A stretch of DNA of 63,035 nucleotides, filler included, from Octopus bimaculoides (taxonomy: Eukaryota): assembly GCF_001194135.2 (NCBI RefSeq). It is 3 parts of 2 records of this genome, joined end to end, with 100 filler letters (N's around TTAATTAATTAA, not from the genome) between each part and the next. Parts side by side here need not be neighbours in the genome. Positions count along the whole stretch, not along the records: positions 21,151 to 51,927 come from NC_068985.1; 2 more parts are not named here. One strand, written 5' to 3'. The notes under the pieces are model-generated. The model was not told the origin of the DNA. It saw nothing but the letters and a program-made list of their open reading frames with translations, and searched no databases. Positions 37,553-51,242 of the stretch are shown here, piece after piece. Made by a program: the position numbers and the translations under genes. Numbering within the stretch: position 1 is the first letter of the stretch; each line of letters opens with the position of its first letter.

Positions 37553-39045
37553 TCCATGTTTTCCTCGTAAACAAGACTCTTCAAGATCAATAGTCAATAC
37601 AACATTCATGTGAATCCAACCCTAAACCCATTCAAAACATTAAACAGAGAAACCTCACACACCAAAATAAAAAGTACTACTGATGCACATAAATAATACT
37701 ACTGACCAGGGATATATTAGATCCAGAAACTAGTAAGTCAACTGACCACACTCAACTACCCGCCCTTTCATACATACAGAGAAATACAAAATGCTGCACT
37801 TTGTTCATTAAGTCCCACTGTCCTATAAACAGGGCACTAAATGAAAACAGGCGGGGAATTCATACGCCACTGAAACTGGGAGGTAACTTCACCTTTTTTT
37901 TTTTTATATAGTTTTACCCATTTTTATGAGGTATTTCATTTCTTGTGTTCTATCTATGGTGTGTTGTTTCTATTTCGTTTACTTGATTAAGTTTAGTATG
38001 CGTGTATCGTACGTGGGGTGTATTTCAATTGCATGTTTTCAATATTTAGTTGAAAAACGGGAATAGTATATTCCTATAGGGGTTGTGTGTGTCTGTCCGT
38101 GTGCTTCGCTTTTAACGCATTAAGTCCCAGATTGCTTAAATTTCTGAATATTACTTCAAATTTTCTCAGATGATTGAAAATAAGTTAAAATAAAAAGAAA
38201 ATCAGTTATTAACAGTTCCTTTACTTCAAGTAGAAATGGAAATAAACGGTTCCCTATAAATTGGATACAGGGACAATGCGACAAACAGTGAGTGTATATT
38301 CTTATGGGACTGTGCGTGTCTGTCCCTGCTCGTGCACTTTTTAACGCATTAAGTCCGAAATTACTTAAATTTTTGAATATTACTTTTAAATGTTCATAGA
38401 TAATTGAAAATAAGTTAAAACGACGAAAAATCAATTATTATAACTCCTTATTTCAAGTAGAAATGGATATAAACGGTTCCCTATAAATTGGATTCTGGAA
38501 CAATATGACAAACAATGAGTGTATATTCTTATGGATTTGTGTCTATCTGTCCGTACGCGCACGCTTTTAACGCATTAAGTCCCAGAGTGCTTAAATTTTT
38601 GAATATTACTTTTAAATTTTTACAGACGATTGAAAATAAGTTAAAATGAAAAAAATCTGTTATTAAAACTCCTTTACTTAAAATAGAGATGGAAATGGAC
38701 GATGTCCTATAAATAGGACACTGCGACAATGTGATAATACTTATTTAATGTTTTCATTTAGTGTCCTATTTATAGGAGAGTGGGATTTAATGGGCAAGGT
38801 ATGGCACTTTGTATTTCTCTGTAGGTATGAAAAGGCAGATAACTGAGTGTGGTCAGTTGACTTGCTATTTTCTGGATCTGATATATCCCTGGTCAGTAGT
38901 ATTATGTATTTGTATCAGCAATACTTTTTATTTTGGTGTGTGAGGTTTCTCTGTTAAATGTTTTGAATGGGTTTAGTGTTAGGTTCGCATGAATATTGTA
39001 TTGGCTATTGATCTTGAAGAGTCCTGTTTACAAGGAAAACATGGA
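37553..39045. mobile_element. 1.5-kb fold-back element with about 297-bp inverted arms carrying degenerate hammerhead motifs
   Basis: Arms 37553-37849 and 38749-39045 are reverse complements; both contain CTGACCA-GGGAT..ATCC-A-GAAA. Confidence 0.75.
38066..38730. repeat. Three tandem copies of an approximately 227-bp unit
   Basis: GTATATTC(C/T)TAT..TTTTAACGCATTAAGTCC recurs at about 38066, 38294 and 38520. Confidence 0.85.
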
Positions 39046-39084
39046 CAGATGACTGTATATTTTATCATGTTTTTTTTTATTTTT

Positions 39085-39244
39085 ATCTTTTACTTGCTTC
39101 AGTCATTGAACGGCGGCCATACTGAAGAATGTTTAGTCGAATGAATAGACCATATTACCTATTTTTAATATTTAAAGCCGGGTACTTACTCTATCGTTCT
39201 GTAAGTACACACACACAAGAATACACACATACATAAATGGTCAA

Positions 39245-39302
<58 letters not shown>

Positions 39303-39470
39303 CTACATATATACGGCGGGCTTCTTTCAGTTTTCCTCAACCAAATTCACTCACCAGGTTTTGGTCAACCCGAAGCTATAATAGAAGACACTTGCCCAAG
39401 GTGCCACGCAGTGGGATTGAACTCAGAACCTTGTGATTGAGAAGCAAGCTTCTTACGACACAGCCACGCC
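39085..39470 (-). mobile_element. SINE family A
   Basis: Reverse-complement similarity. Confidence 0.7.
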
Positions 39471-39956
39471 TGATAGAATGAAACAACGGTATGTGTAATG
39501 TAATTGTAATGAAACTACGGTATGTGTAATGTAATTGCTTGTACAATGTATATATGTGTGTACATGTGTGTGTGGATGGGTGCGCATGCTCACAGATCAT
39601 GCAGTTACATGCATTTGGAGACTGGTCACCGATTAAGGGATTAATATAATCTTCAGGTTCTTGGTGACGTTGTTTTCGAATTGTCAGAAATATATATTTT
39701 ATGACTTAAAGGGGAAGATTATTAATGAATAATAAAAGAGAATAAATATGGTTTGGTTAGTGTTTTGCTTTGTATGTAGTTGGAAGTTTATGGAAACCAA
39801 AACACACACACACACACACACATACAGACATGCTTGTGCACACGCACTCACACACAGACAAGCACACACTCGCGCCGCACACAACGCAGACGCACCGACA
39901 CATGAACACACACATACATGTATGTATATATATATATACATATACATGTATATGCA

Positions 39957-40054
<98 letters not shown>

Positions 40055-40898
40055 NNNNNNNNNNNNNNNNNNNNNNNNNNNNNNNNNNNNNNNNNNNNNN
40101 NNNNNNNNNNNNNNNNNNNNNNNNNNNNNNNNNNNNNNNNNNNNNNNNNNNNNNNNNNNNNNNNNNNNNNNNNNNNNNNNNNNNNNNNNNNNNNNNNNNN
40201 NNNNNNNNNNNNNNNNNNNNNNNNNNNNNNNNNNNNNNNNNNNNNNNNNNNNNNNNNNNNNNNNNNNNNNNNNNNNNNNNNNNNNNNNNNNNNNNNNNNN
40301 NNNNNNNNNNNNNNNNNNNNNNNNNNNNNNNNNNNNNNNNNNNNNNNNNNNNNNNNNNNNNNNNNNNNNNNNNNNNNNNNNNNNNNNNNNNNNNNNNNNN
40401 NNNNNNNNNNNNNNNNNNNNNNNNNNNNNNNNNNNNNNNNNNNNNNNNNNNNNNNNNNNNNNNNNNNNNNNNNNNNNNNNNNNNNNNNNNNNNNNNNNNN
40501 NNNNNNNNNNNNNNNNNNNNNNNNNNNNNNNNNNNNNNNNNNNNNNNNNNNNNNNNNNNNNNNNNNNNNNNNNNNNNNNNNNNNNNNNNNNNNNNNNNNN
40601 NNNNNNNNNNNNNNNNNNNNNNNNNNNNNNNNNNNNNNNNNNNNNNNNNNNNNNNNNNNNNNNNNNNNNNNNNNNNNNNNNNNNNNNNNNNNNNNNNNNN
40701 NNNNNNNNNNNNNNNNNNNNNNNNNNNNNNNNNNNNNNNNNNNNNNNNNNNNNNNNNNNNNNNNNNNNNNNNNNNNNNNNNNNNNNNNNNNNNNNNNNNN
40801 NNNNNNNNNNNNNNNNNNNNNNNNNNNNNNNNNNNNNNNNNNNNNNNNNNNNNNNNNNNNNNNNNNNNNNNNNNNNNNNNNNNNNNNNNNNNNNNNNN

Positions 40899-40957
<59 letters not shown>

Positions 40958-41533
40958 TATAGATAGATAGATAGATAGATAGATAGGGTGATAAAATGAA
41001 TATTAATTCAATTTAAATATGTGTATATGTATGTGTGTGTGTGTGTTTTATATGTGATACTGCATTTTACTATGTGTTTCGCTTATTTTTGCCTCTCTGC
41101 TTGGTTGTGTAACAGTTTCATAAAATCGTCAGCTCACTCACTTGACGTTGAGCCAAGTAATAACCTAACGATATTTACAGTATATAGCAAATAATGTTTG
41201 CATTCTTCCCGCTTGTCAATATGACTTGCTTTTATAAAAGAACAACAACAATTAGATACGCTACTCCTTACAGTTATCTAAATGTTTATTCAATAGCCAC
41301 CATTAATAATTTACTTATCATCTCAGTGGTCCGCTTTTTATCGCTAATCTATTATTGTTAGCAATAAGTACACTCGTACAAAAGGATGATTATGTATATA
41401 TATTCTATAAAATAATTTTTAGTTTCACATCTAAGTGTCAATTAACATTTCAAGTGGTATATATATGTAAGGTTGGGTTTCAAGTGAATTAGTAAAGGCT
41501 GTTTGCATTTCTTAAAGGATTATGAATTCGTCA

Positions 41534-41574
<41 letters not shown>

Positions 41575-41768
41575 TCGCCAAGCCAACATGGCAGTCCCAA
41601 AATTAGGACGAAAGCTGCCGTGAATTAGCTCCAAGAAGCCNNNNNNNNNNGCTAATTCACGGCAGCTTTCGTCCTAATTTTGGGACTGCCATGTTGGCTT
41701 GGCGATAGCTATTAATTTCCAGTACCGCTGCCGTAGTCTCCTTTAGAGAGACTTAGAAATATTAATAA

Positions 41769-41824
<56 letters not shown>

Positions 41825-42016
41825 GATTGCTGTAGTTTAGTTAGACCGTTGCACAACACGCAAGATAGACGACATTGATTTGATGCAAGCCCGATGCTGT
41901 AAATTCAATCAGTATTAATATGAGTATTGAGAGCCAAACTCTGCTGTGCTTTGCTGAATATGGAGTCAGAGACACGAGTCATTCCAGAGCAAAGGTATTA
42001 TATTTTGTTAGTTGTA

Positions 42017-42592
42017 CAAGGTGTTTAAAAAGTCTCTCCGCAGTAAGTATTTTATTGCAGGCTTTACAAGACTTTAAAATCATTACAAGAGTTGTTGAAA
42101 GTGTCATCCTTCATTTTCAATACGAAAAATTTAATTTCTTTATTACTGCCGTATGAGCACTTCGTGGGCTGATTTCCATGTCCTGTGACAATTTGCGTAA
42201 GGGCTTTGTCGGACATGCCAACAGTTCATCAGAAATATTGGAGAGTGTTTCGTCTGAAAGAACAATAGACCTACCGTTTCTTGCTGCGTCTTCCATTGAG
42301 CTTGTGTTTCCAAATTTTCTTATCAAATCCCGCATAATGTCAGGATGTGGAACAACAGTATTTGGAAAAGTTTCACTGAAATTCGATCACATTATCTGTG
42401 TATTTGTTTCCAGCTCGAAACACCCATTCAACTAAAAATGTACGTTCTTCAATGGTTAGCATGTCGACACGCTGAAGGGTACTTAATGACTGAGGGGCAA
42501 TGGCTGACAGCCGGCCGCCCACGCAGTGGCAGACAAGTTGCGCATGCGCAGGATGAAAAAATTCACTGCGGAGAAACTTTTTGAACACCCTG
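42017..42592 (-). mobile_element. Internally deleted Tc1/mariner element retaining the N-terminal HTH
   Basis: TA flanks; about 28-bp TIRs CAAGGTGTTTAAAAAGTCTCTCCGCAGT / CAGGGTGTTCAAAAAGTTTCTCCGCAGT; MLTIEERTFLVEWVF..FPNTVVPH..LIRKFGNTSSMEDAARNGRS..PTKPLRKLSQ. Confidence 0.88.
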
Positions 42593-42679
42593 TATGTGGC
42601 GTGTCTGTTCGTATGGTCGTTTTAGGATACCCTATAAGACAGCTTTAATTGTTCCTACTTACTTGGAATGCATGAAAGC

Positions 42680-43140
42680 GCATGGTATAGAGATCAGGGT
42701 ATTGCACTTACGTTCTGGAGATCCTGGGTTCGATTCTCGGAACGGGCGCGTGTTGTGTTCAGGAGCAGAACACTTCATTCCACGTTTCTCAAGTACTGTA
42801 TGGGGAGCGAAATTTCAAACAATCGACTCAACATTTTCTCTGCGTGTCGTAAAATATATATAAAAGAATTTGCGGTAGGATTTGCACTCCGACATCGTAA
42901 AACCCTCACCAGCAACAACTACGCAAACAGACCCATAATTGTGTGTATGTCCCCCAACATCGCTTGACAACCGATGCTGGTGTGTTTACATCCCCTTAAC
43001 TTAGCAGTTGGGCAAAAGTGTCAGATAGAATAAGTACTAGGCTTACAAAGAATAAGTCCTGGGGACGATTTGCTCGTCTAAAGGTGGTGCTCCAGCATGG
43101 CCGCAGTACAATGACTGAAACAATTAAAAGAATAAAACAA
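42680..43140 (+). mobile_element. SINE family B head followed by SINE family A 3' half
   Basis: GCGCATGGTATAG..GGGTTCGATTC..TTGTGTTCAGGAGCAGAACACTT; CCCCAACATCGCTTGACAACCGATG..AAAAGAATAAAA. Confidence 0.65.
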
Positions 43141-43492
43141 TACAAGAATATATATATANNNNNNNNNNNNNNNNNNNNNNNNNNNNNNNNNNNNNNNNNN
43201 NNNNNNNNNNNNNNNNNNNNNNNNNNNNNNNNNNNNNNNNNNNNNNNNNNNNNNNNNNNNNNNNNNNNNNNNNNNNNNNNNNNNNNNNNNNNNNNNNNNN
43301 NNNNNNNNNNNNNNNNNNNNNNNNNNNNNNNNNNNNNNNNNNNNNNNNNNNNNNNNNNNNNNNNNNNNNNNNNNNNNNNNNNNNNNNNNNNNNNNNNNNN
43401 NNNNNNNNNNNNNNNNNNNNNNNNNNNNNNNNNNNNNNNNNNNNNNNNNNNNNNNNNNNNNNATATATATATGTGTGTGTGTGTGTCTGTGT

Positions 43493-43528
<36 letters not shown>

Positions 43529-45182
43529 AGCAGATGAGCAACTATCTTTTGATACAGACACAACACAGGTTACGCTTTCAGGTGTTTTTGGATAAAGAAA
43601 TAACTCAATAAGTTTACCATTAATTCCGTGAACTATTCACGGGTCCCGCTAGTATCAATAATTGTTGCACGCCCATAGCTTTACTCTATTTCATAATAAC
43701 AGAACTTAATCTATCTGTAGTATATGTCAAATAAAGAGGCATTGCATGATTGTGGAAGGTTAATATGCAAGATGGAGTACAACTGTGTGCCTTACATAAA
43801 AGACATTTAAATATGTAAGTAACAATGAAATACTAGCAGTGATAAAATATGGGTATTGATTTTATTACTAGTATTAATACAATCCCTAAAATTAGTTGCC
43901 TGTAATATTATCGACAGCTTTATTATTCTCTAAATGTTTCAGAATTAAAACTAAATAATTTATGATGCATAGATAACTGATTTACAATATAGAAAATTAC
44001 AGATATGAATATTTGAATATATGAGTATATGATAGGATTTAATTTATATGAGATACAAGAATATGGCAATAATTAATATTTCGATTCTAACTTCTATATC
44101 ATGCAATGTACAGAGATTATCTTAAATATAAACATTACTTTTCAGAATATATTAATTTTTATAAGCTAATAGTTACAGCGGAAATGAGCAATACATCTAT
44201 AATCAGCGTGTACACACACACGCATACATGCTTAGGTACACACACATACACACATATATATACACATATGTTTATGCATATATATGTATACATATATACA
44301 GATTTCTGTGTATTTATATACACACATATGTAATGAAGTGGTTTGTTGCTCCTTTCTGACTCATTGAAATGCTCCTTAAAATTTAATACTAATTTGCGAT
44401 GAACTGTTAGAATTTAAATCATTAATTTTTCACTTTGACATAATGAAACAAAATTGGAAGAAAGCACTTCACATTAAATTTATCCTCGGCATTTATCTAG
44501 AAAATGTAGTACTATCAGGTACTACTATCATGCACAACATGTACTGCTGAAAACAGTTGTAGACGACTAGCATTGCTCTCAATAAAAGAATTATGTTATT
44601 TGATTATCCGTTGTAGTATTTAAGTCTAGAAACCTCGGGAGGAATTCATCTCAGAGTGCAAAGAGCGTCAAGTAATATCGCAAGGCATCTCATCCGATGT
44701 TCTAAAAATTCCAACAATCCACCCTCTTTGATCTGTAATTTATTTATCGACCGCAAAAGAATAAGATGTAAAGTTTACATTGACAGAATTTGAAATCAGA
44801 GTAGATGAGTGGAAAACAAATACTGCAAGCAATTCTGTTCCCTTAACAAAACTGATTATTCACCATTTTTTATACTCATTGACAAAGGTAAAGCAATGGC
44901 GAACCTAGCAAAGTTCAAATAATGTCTGGTGGACTTTTCATATATCTAATGCATTTTGATATTTTTTAACACTGCGCAAGAATCGGGGCAGTTTTTACTT
45001 TCGAAATGAACATAGAAATAATAGACATAGAAATAAGTAGTCTACTGTTCAGAGATTTTCTTTCTGTTCATTTTGTTAATATCGATACTCGGCTAAAATA
45101 TAAATGGCTTTCAAAAAGACTGATTTTATTTTGAGGATGAAAGAGATTACATTCACTCAATTAATAGTTCAAATTTTAGACG

Positions 45183-45500
45183 GAGGAAGTTTGAAGAAGC
45201 GGAAGCAGGGGTTTCCCAGCAGCTTCTCTCAGAAGGTTTCTAAATGCGGCTGGTGTATCTGCTGCGAGGAGAATCATCAAGGAATGTGGGGAGAAAGCAG
45301 TTGAGGGTAGTGCTTGGATTACGAGGAGGTTTGTAAAAACGTATAAGACCACAGAACTGGCATGAGTCCGGTTGCAACGCAGTACGTCCAGCTGTTGCGG
45401 GCCCACCGTATGGAGAGATACTGAACCGAAATCTCGGTGAAGCACGGTATTCAGCTGAGGATTGCAGCCGGGCGAGAAGTGGAGCACTCAGTGTTTTTCT
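45183..45500 (+). mobile_element. Hero-like RLE non-LTR retrotransposon 3' fragment
   Basis: GC-rich island; GSRGFPAASLRRFLNAAGVSAARRIIKECGEKAVEGSAWITRR resembles the EVGCRGF..AERASxWLW..R C-terminus. Confidence 0.6.
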
Positions 45501-46908
45501 TCTACTGCTTCGCTGTTATTTGAACTCAAAATCTACAAAGTTAAACACAAACATGGTAAGATGTTTCAGTCACATTCCTAATACTTTTTAAAAGCACACC
45601 ACTTTTTCTTTGCGTAGGAAAATAATAATTAAAAATGTGTCGACTTAAACATGCAATGGCATTAAAAATACAAGACATAAAATTATCGAGAGCCAAATGT
45701 CGAGAGTTATAATCCGCTCCAATTTATGAACGTATTATGCACAATTTCAAATCTGTTTGGGCAGTGGTCATAATTAGAATGGCAATTGTATGTAGTGGAA
45801 AGGAAGAGAAAACAAATCAGGAATTACATAAAATCCTCATTTACCTTTAGTATGCTACTTAAACGCCATTAAATATGGTCCATTATCCTGAATTATTATC
45901 ACGCTTATAAAGATCAAGACGTTCTTTGAAAAAGTGTTATTGTGAAAACTATTTCCTGACAGTTATGATAATTACAACAAAGTTTAATTATGGATTTAAA
46001 TGGGCCAAAGTAGCTTAGGTTAGAAAGTTGACCCTTCAATGCAAGAGAATAAATGATTTTGATAGTATTACCGTTACGTGTGTGTACATGATTACGCAGT
46101 ATAATCATTAAATAGAGCTTGATTCAGAAAAATGTTTTTTAAATCACTAAAAAGATACATTCTTTCTGTTCACTCAAGTATAGAAGTTCAAAACCAATCA
46201 CTGCTTAATATCGTTGATGTTGTTCTTAGCCTTAAGTAATTCTGGCCGATATCTTAGATCCAGAAGTACATTTTCCAAATCGTTCTTCCGATTGGACTTA
46301 AAGAAAAAGTGTTTGCTTCTGATAAACATTTCATAATTATTCTAGAATTTTATGATTATTTTGGGATAAATTTCTAAGTCACTATTTAGCAGTTTGGAGC
46401 ATGCATGCTAATTGTTTCACTGTTACTGCTTACAGTATATCTTAATGGTCAAATTGAATATCGAAGGAAAGGTAATTCGAATGATGTTGTGTGCTTGTTA
46501 TATGAGTCAAAAGTTTGGGAAAAGGCACACCAAAAATGGGAAAAGTGCCCTTATGTTGAGATAGGTCATGCACTGCTATCAGTTATAGAGTCAAAATCGA
46601 GGGTTGATTTTTGAAGCGGTACGATGTAAAAGAACGAGAAGGATTACCATTCAACAACTGTTTGAAATTTGCAGCGGAGCATCGAGTATACAAGCTAGAA
46701 AGTAGACGCTGAATCAGGGGGAAAAAAGCGTTAAGGAATGGTATAAATTGTCTGCTCTGCACTGATTTTGTGCAACAGAGACAGACCATATCTTCATTTC
46801 AGCAGCAACATCAGAAAAATGCCATGATCATTATTTGGTGTCCGTATATTTTTCAATGATATGCTTTCCTTTCAGTTTGACAACAAGCATATTTTTGAAC
46901 TGAACGTA

Positions 46909-48103
46909 CACTGTAATCACTCGCCATATTGCGGTTCACTTATCGCGCCCTCAGAACATCGCGGATTTTTCTGGTTAATATATGTAAATTCATATCACGG
47001 ACTCCTCAGTATATCGCGGGTTTTTGCGGCCGATAGGTATTTATATTTTTCTAGATTTTAATTATTTCTGTGGTAAAATAAGCATTTTCACGCCTAAAAA
47101 TTTATAAATGAATAGAAATATAGCACAGTACTGCATTGTATAACACATTAATTAAAATATGTCAACAAAAAATACGTAAGGTACCATAGATGAGTAAACG
47201 AAGAATTGCACTTCATTGAAAACGAAACTTGAGAGGCGATTGTGTGTTGTTTTGCATTCGTGTGTAAAATTGTGAACTTATTTCAAGCTCTGCGATGTCG
47301 CCCAAAAGTTCTGCACCTTCTAAGGCTTTTGACAGTGAACCCAAGCGCCAGAGGAAGACGCTTACTGTAGCAGAGAAGGTGAGACTCCTCGATATGCTCA
47401 AGGAAGGGAGAAGGTATACGGATGCAGGCCGCCATTACGGTATCAATGAATCTACCGTTCGCTACATCAAGAAGGACGGAAAAATATAAGGGCGACGGAA
47501 AAGTGACTTTTAACAAGACAGCGAAAGGGGTGTAATCTTATTTAGCCCTTTGGATCAGTGACAGCAGGAAGAAGAATATTGCACTGGATACCAACACCAT
47601 CTATTAGAAGGCCAGGCTTCGATCAATAACCTAGTCGGTGCCCACTCAGATCTGTTAACGGATGAAGATCTTACAGAGATGACGAAGTCAGCAAGTGAGG
47701 AAGGAGAAGATAATCAAGATGATCCACGGGAAGAAGAAGAAGTCGGCCTATCACTAGAATGCCTCTCAACTCTCGCAAAAACGGCAAAAGAACTTCAGAA
47801 AATGGCGGAAGATTGGGACCCCCAGATGATTCGTGCGAAATGTAATCGACAGAACCATGGAAGTTTATAAAAACCTCCTTACACAGAAGAAAAGGCAGCG
47901 CCAGCAACTGCCCATCATTATGTTCCTCACCCACAAAAATATAGAAGACACGGGTACTCTTAAGAGTGTGGGGAGAGTTTATAGCAGCTTAAATATATAA
48001 AAATAATAAACATACCCTGTAAAGTACTGTTTCTACTTCGCGGATTTTCACCTATCGCGGAGGATTTTGGAACGTAACACCCGCGATAGTCGAGGTATTA
48101 CTG
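46909..48103 (+). mobile_element. Internally deleted Tigger/pogo transposon
   Basis: Degenerate TIRs (GTAATCACTCGCCATATTGCGG / CCGCGATAGTCGAGGTATTACTG); CENP-B-type HTH KRQRKTLTVAEKVRLLDML..RHYGINESTVRYIKK; acidic C-terminus ending QLPIIMF; DDE domain missing. Confidence 0.88.
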
Positions 48104-48321
48104 CAATTGTATAGCGGTTCAATAGCGGTTGTCGAGCGGTTCAGTACCGATTCTATAGTGGTTCAGTAACCTCAATTAGTGTAATCTGTCCTAATCTGCA
48201 GGTATGAAATCCCTGCAATCTATTATTTCTGTTGTCTGTCACAACAGCATCTGTTTATAATAACATTTTTAATAAAGTACTTATCTATCTATCTATCTAT
48301 CTATCTGTGTATCTACCAACC

Positions 48322-48563
48322 TATCTTATTTCTTTATTTCTTTACTGCCCACAAGGGGCTACACACAGAGGGGACAAAGAAGGACAGACAAACGGATTAA
48401 GTGGATTATTTCCACCCCAGTTTGTAACTGGTACTTATTTAATCGACCCCGAAAGGATGAAAGGCAAAGTCGACCTCGGCGGAATTTGAACTCAGAACGT
48501 AGCAGCAGACGAAATACCGCTAAGAATTTCACCCGGCGTGCTAACGCTTCTGCCAGCTCGCCG
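48322..48563 (-). mobile_element. SINE family C, full length
   Basis: Reverse complement of the 13301-13502 type. Confidence 0.8.
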
Positions 48564-48564
48564 C

Positions 48565-49700
48565 CAAGAGACCAAAACTGGGCGATTGACACCGCGAGTG
48601 TCGCCAAGCTCTACAACAGCTCTGCCGTCCGGGATCAAACTTGTGCAACTTCCAAACGACCAATGCGTTCTATAGAGGACTAGTGGAGGGGAGGTCTGAC
48701 GACACTCTCGGGGCAAACCTGGGTGTCGATGAGAAATTCCTANNNNNNNNNNNNNNNNNNNNNNNNNNNNNNNNNNNNNNNNNNNNNNNNNNNNNNNNNN
48801 NNNNNNNNNNNNNNNNNNNNNNNNNNNNNNNNNNNNNNNNNNNNNNNNNNNNNNNNNNNNNNNNNNNNNNNNNNNNNNNNNNNNNNNNNNNNNNNNNNNN
48901 NNNNNNNNNNNNNNNNNNNNNNNNNNNNNNNNNNNNNNNNNNNNNNNNNNNNNNNNNNNNNNNNNNNNNNNNNNNNNNNNNNNNNNNNNNNNNNNNNNNN
49001 NNNNNNNNNNNNNNNNNNNNNNNNNNNNNNNNNNNNNNNNNNNNNNNNNNNNNNNNNNNNNNNNNNNNNNNNNNNNNNNNNNNNNNNNNNNNNNNNNNNN
49101 NNNNNNNNNNNNNNNNNNNNNNNNNNNNNNNNNNNNNNNNNNNNNNNNNNNNNNNNNNNNNNNNNNNNNNNNNNNNNNNNNNNNNNNNNNNNNNNNNNNN
49201 NNNNNNNNNNNNNNNNNNNNNNNNNNNNNNNNNNNNNNNNNNNNNNNNNNNNNNNNNNNNNNNNNNNNNNNNNNNNNNNNNNNNNNNNNNNNNNNNNNNN
49301 NNNNNNNNNNNNNNNNNNNNNNNNNNNNNNNNNNNNNNNNNNNNNNNNNNNNNNNNNNNNNNNNNNNNNNNNNNNNNNNNNNNNNNNNNNNNNNNNNNNN
49401 NNNNNNNNNNNNNNNNNAAAGAGAGAAGGTACTTACTTTCATGTACCTTTAAAAAAAGAAGCCTGAGGTGACCGTGGTCTTTTTCGTAGGCTTTTCTCTC
49501 CACGGATAAACCTAATCTGTTCCCCGTTTTTTTTTACATTGACTGTGATACACGATCCCTATTGATCGCCCCCTCCCTTTTTTTTTCCGCGATCCCTTTT
49601 GATCGAAATTATACCCCCTTCCCCCCACCAAAGAAAAGCTCTACATTGTAATTTGTCCATTTTCTGTATTTAGCCCTGTGTGGCTATAATAAAAAGATAT
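48565..49700 (+). mobile_element. Possible L1/Tx1-like LINE 3' portion spanning a gap
   Basis: AFYRGLVEGRSDDTLGANLGVDE coding-like piece; after the gap a pyrimidine-rich UTR with AATAAA then (TCTA)n; continuity across the gap is assumed. Confidence 0.4.
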
Positions 49701-51242
49701 CTATCTATCTATCTATCTATCTGCCAGTCTGTCTGTGTATGTATGAATTTATGTATGTATGTGTGTACGTACGTGCACATGCTTGAAAAGCAAGGTGAGT
49801 AACGATCTTGTTTGAGCTTCTTGGGTTTCGAGGTCATCACTCATTTATTCCCCGTTGACCTCTACTACATTTTAAGAATAATTGCAAAATTCATTTCGGG
49901 AAATGCATGTCAATTTTGAACATCCGCTAGAACAAGTTTTCTACTCCTCCGGATGTGGGAATTATTGATCATCAATCATCTCTGTTGACATCGAGGCAAT
50001 TTCTATAAAACATCATTCTTTTTATGAAAAGAAATTAAAAATATCTTGACTGTGGGAAATAAGAACAAATTAATAGCAAAGGAAACATATGTGTTGCAAT
50101 GTAAGACAATAGCAGAGGATTCAGAAAAATGGCAGCAGAAAGAGCAAAGGTGATTTTTTTCTTTTTTAATTGTAGCAATGCAGCCGCCTTTGTATCCATG
50201 TTGCTTTAGACGAGTGATCGTGGTGTTTCTATTTCTGCTGTAGATTTACGCAATGTTTTTTTTTTTTTGAATTTCTCAAACAGCTCTTATCTATTCTTTA
50301 AATATAGGTCTTGCTTTCGAACGTTTCTAAACAATGATGAAAAACAGAAAGCAGAAAATAAACACAATTTACTGGAATTCGAACTCATAATTTTAAAAGG
50401 CAAGTTTCTTAATACAAATTAATAACACAAATTTACTAGTACGGATCATTCATCGTCATTTGGAATTTTTCAGATATATACACGAAATAATAATTACCAA
50501 ACCTTTCATTATATACGAATATATCTGCCATTGGCCTCCGAATATCAATTGTAAGTTTATGGAAAATATAGCAGTATCGTTAATGAACATTCAATACAGA
50601 ATTCGGTCAATTAGGAATGATTTCTGGTTCAAAGATTTTAGAAATGTGTTCACATCTTCATACAAACATCAATTGTTAAGATTATTACTCACGAGATCAG
50701 ACGGAGAATATGTTTATACATATATTACGGTTACAGGGAAATCGGTGGTGTCCTATATCTTGCAATTTGTAGGCAATTCAACATAAACAGCAAATCTATA
50801 ATTTCTTTTAAATATCGTTATCTGTTTCTTAGAATTTTCCTTATGCACTCTATCTTGGTATTGAAAGGAAAACCTGAGTAAAAATATATTCAGCATATAA
50901 ATAATTCTCTACAAATCTTATAACGTTAATGAAATATTATTTAGCAATAAAAAATACCTCTAAGCATATTTTCAGAAACGATAAAGGATAAAATAAGAAA
51001 AATTACGTATCACCAAAAAGTACTGACTTTACTAGTCATGTCTCGTATAAAATGGTAATACACAGGGTATTAGAAAAAGATGGACAGAAAAGATGAAACT
51101 ATAAGGGGAGATAATCATCGACGGACATGTAATATAACTGATAAGAGCAAATCTCTAATTGACATTCATAATATATATATATATATATATATANNNNNNN
51201 NNNNNNNNNNNNNNNNNNNNNNNNNNNNNNNNNNTATATATG

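Noticed and set aside
38066-38730. Regularly spaced repeats (and the 27-bp units at 14478-14580) as a possible CRISPR array
   Set aside because: Whole units repeat with no unique spacers, no cas genes, eukaryotic context
41105-41140. Minus-strand CTGACGA-TTTTAT-GAAAC as another hammerhead
   Set aside because: No helix II and no convincing helix I; compatible with chance
41573-41707. Perfect 57-bp inverted repeat around a 10-N gap
   Set aside because: 100% identity with arms ending at a placeholder gap suggests a mis-oriented contig end; needs long reads before being believed
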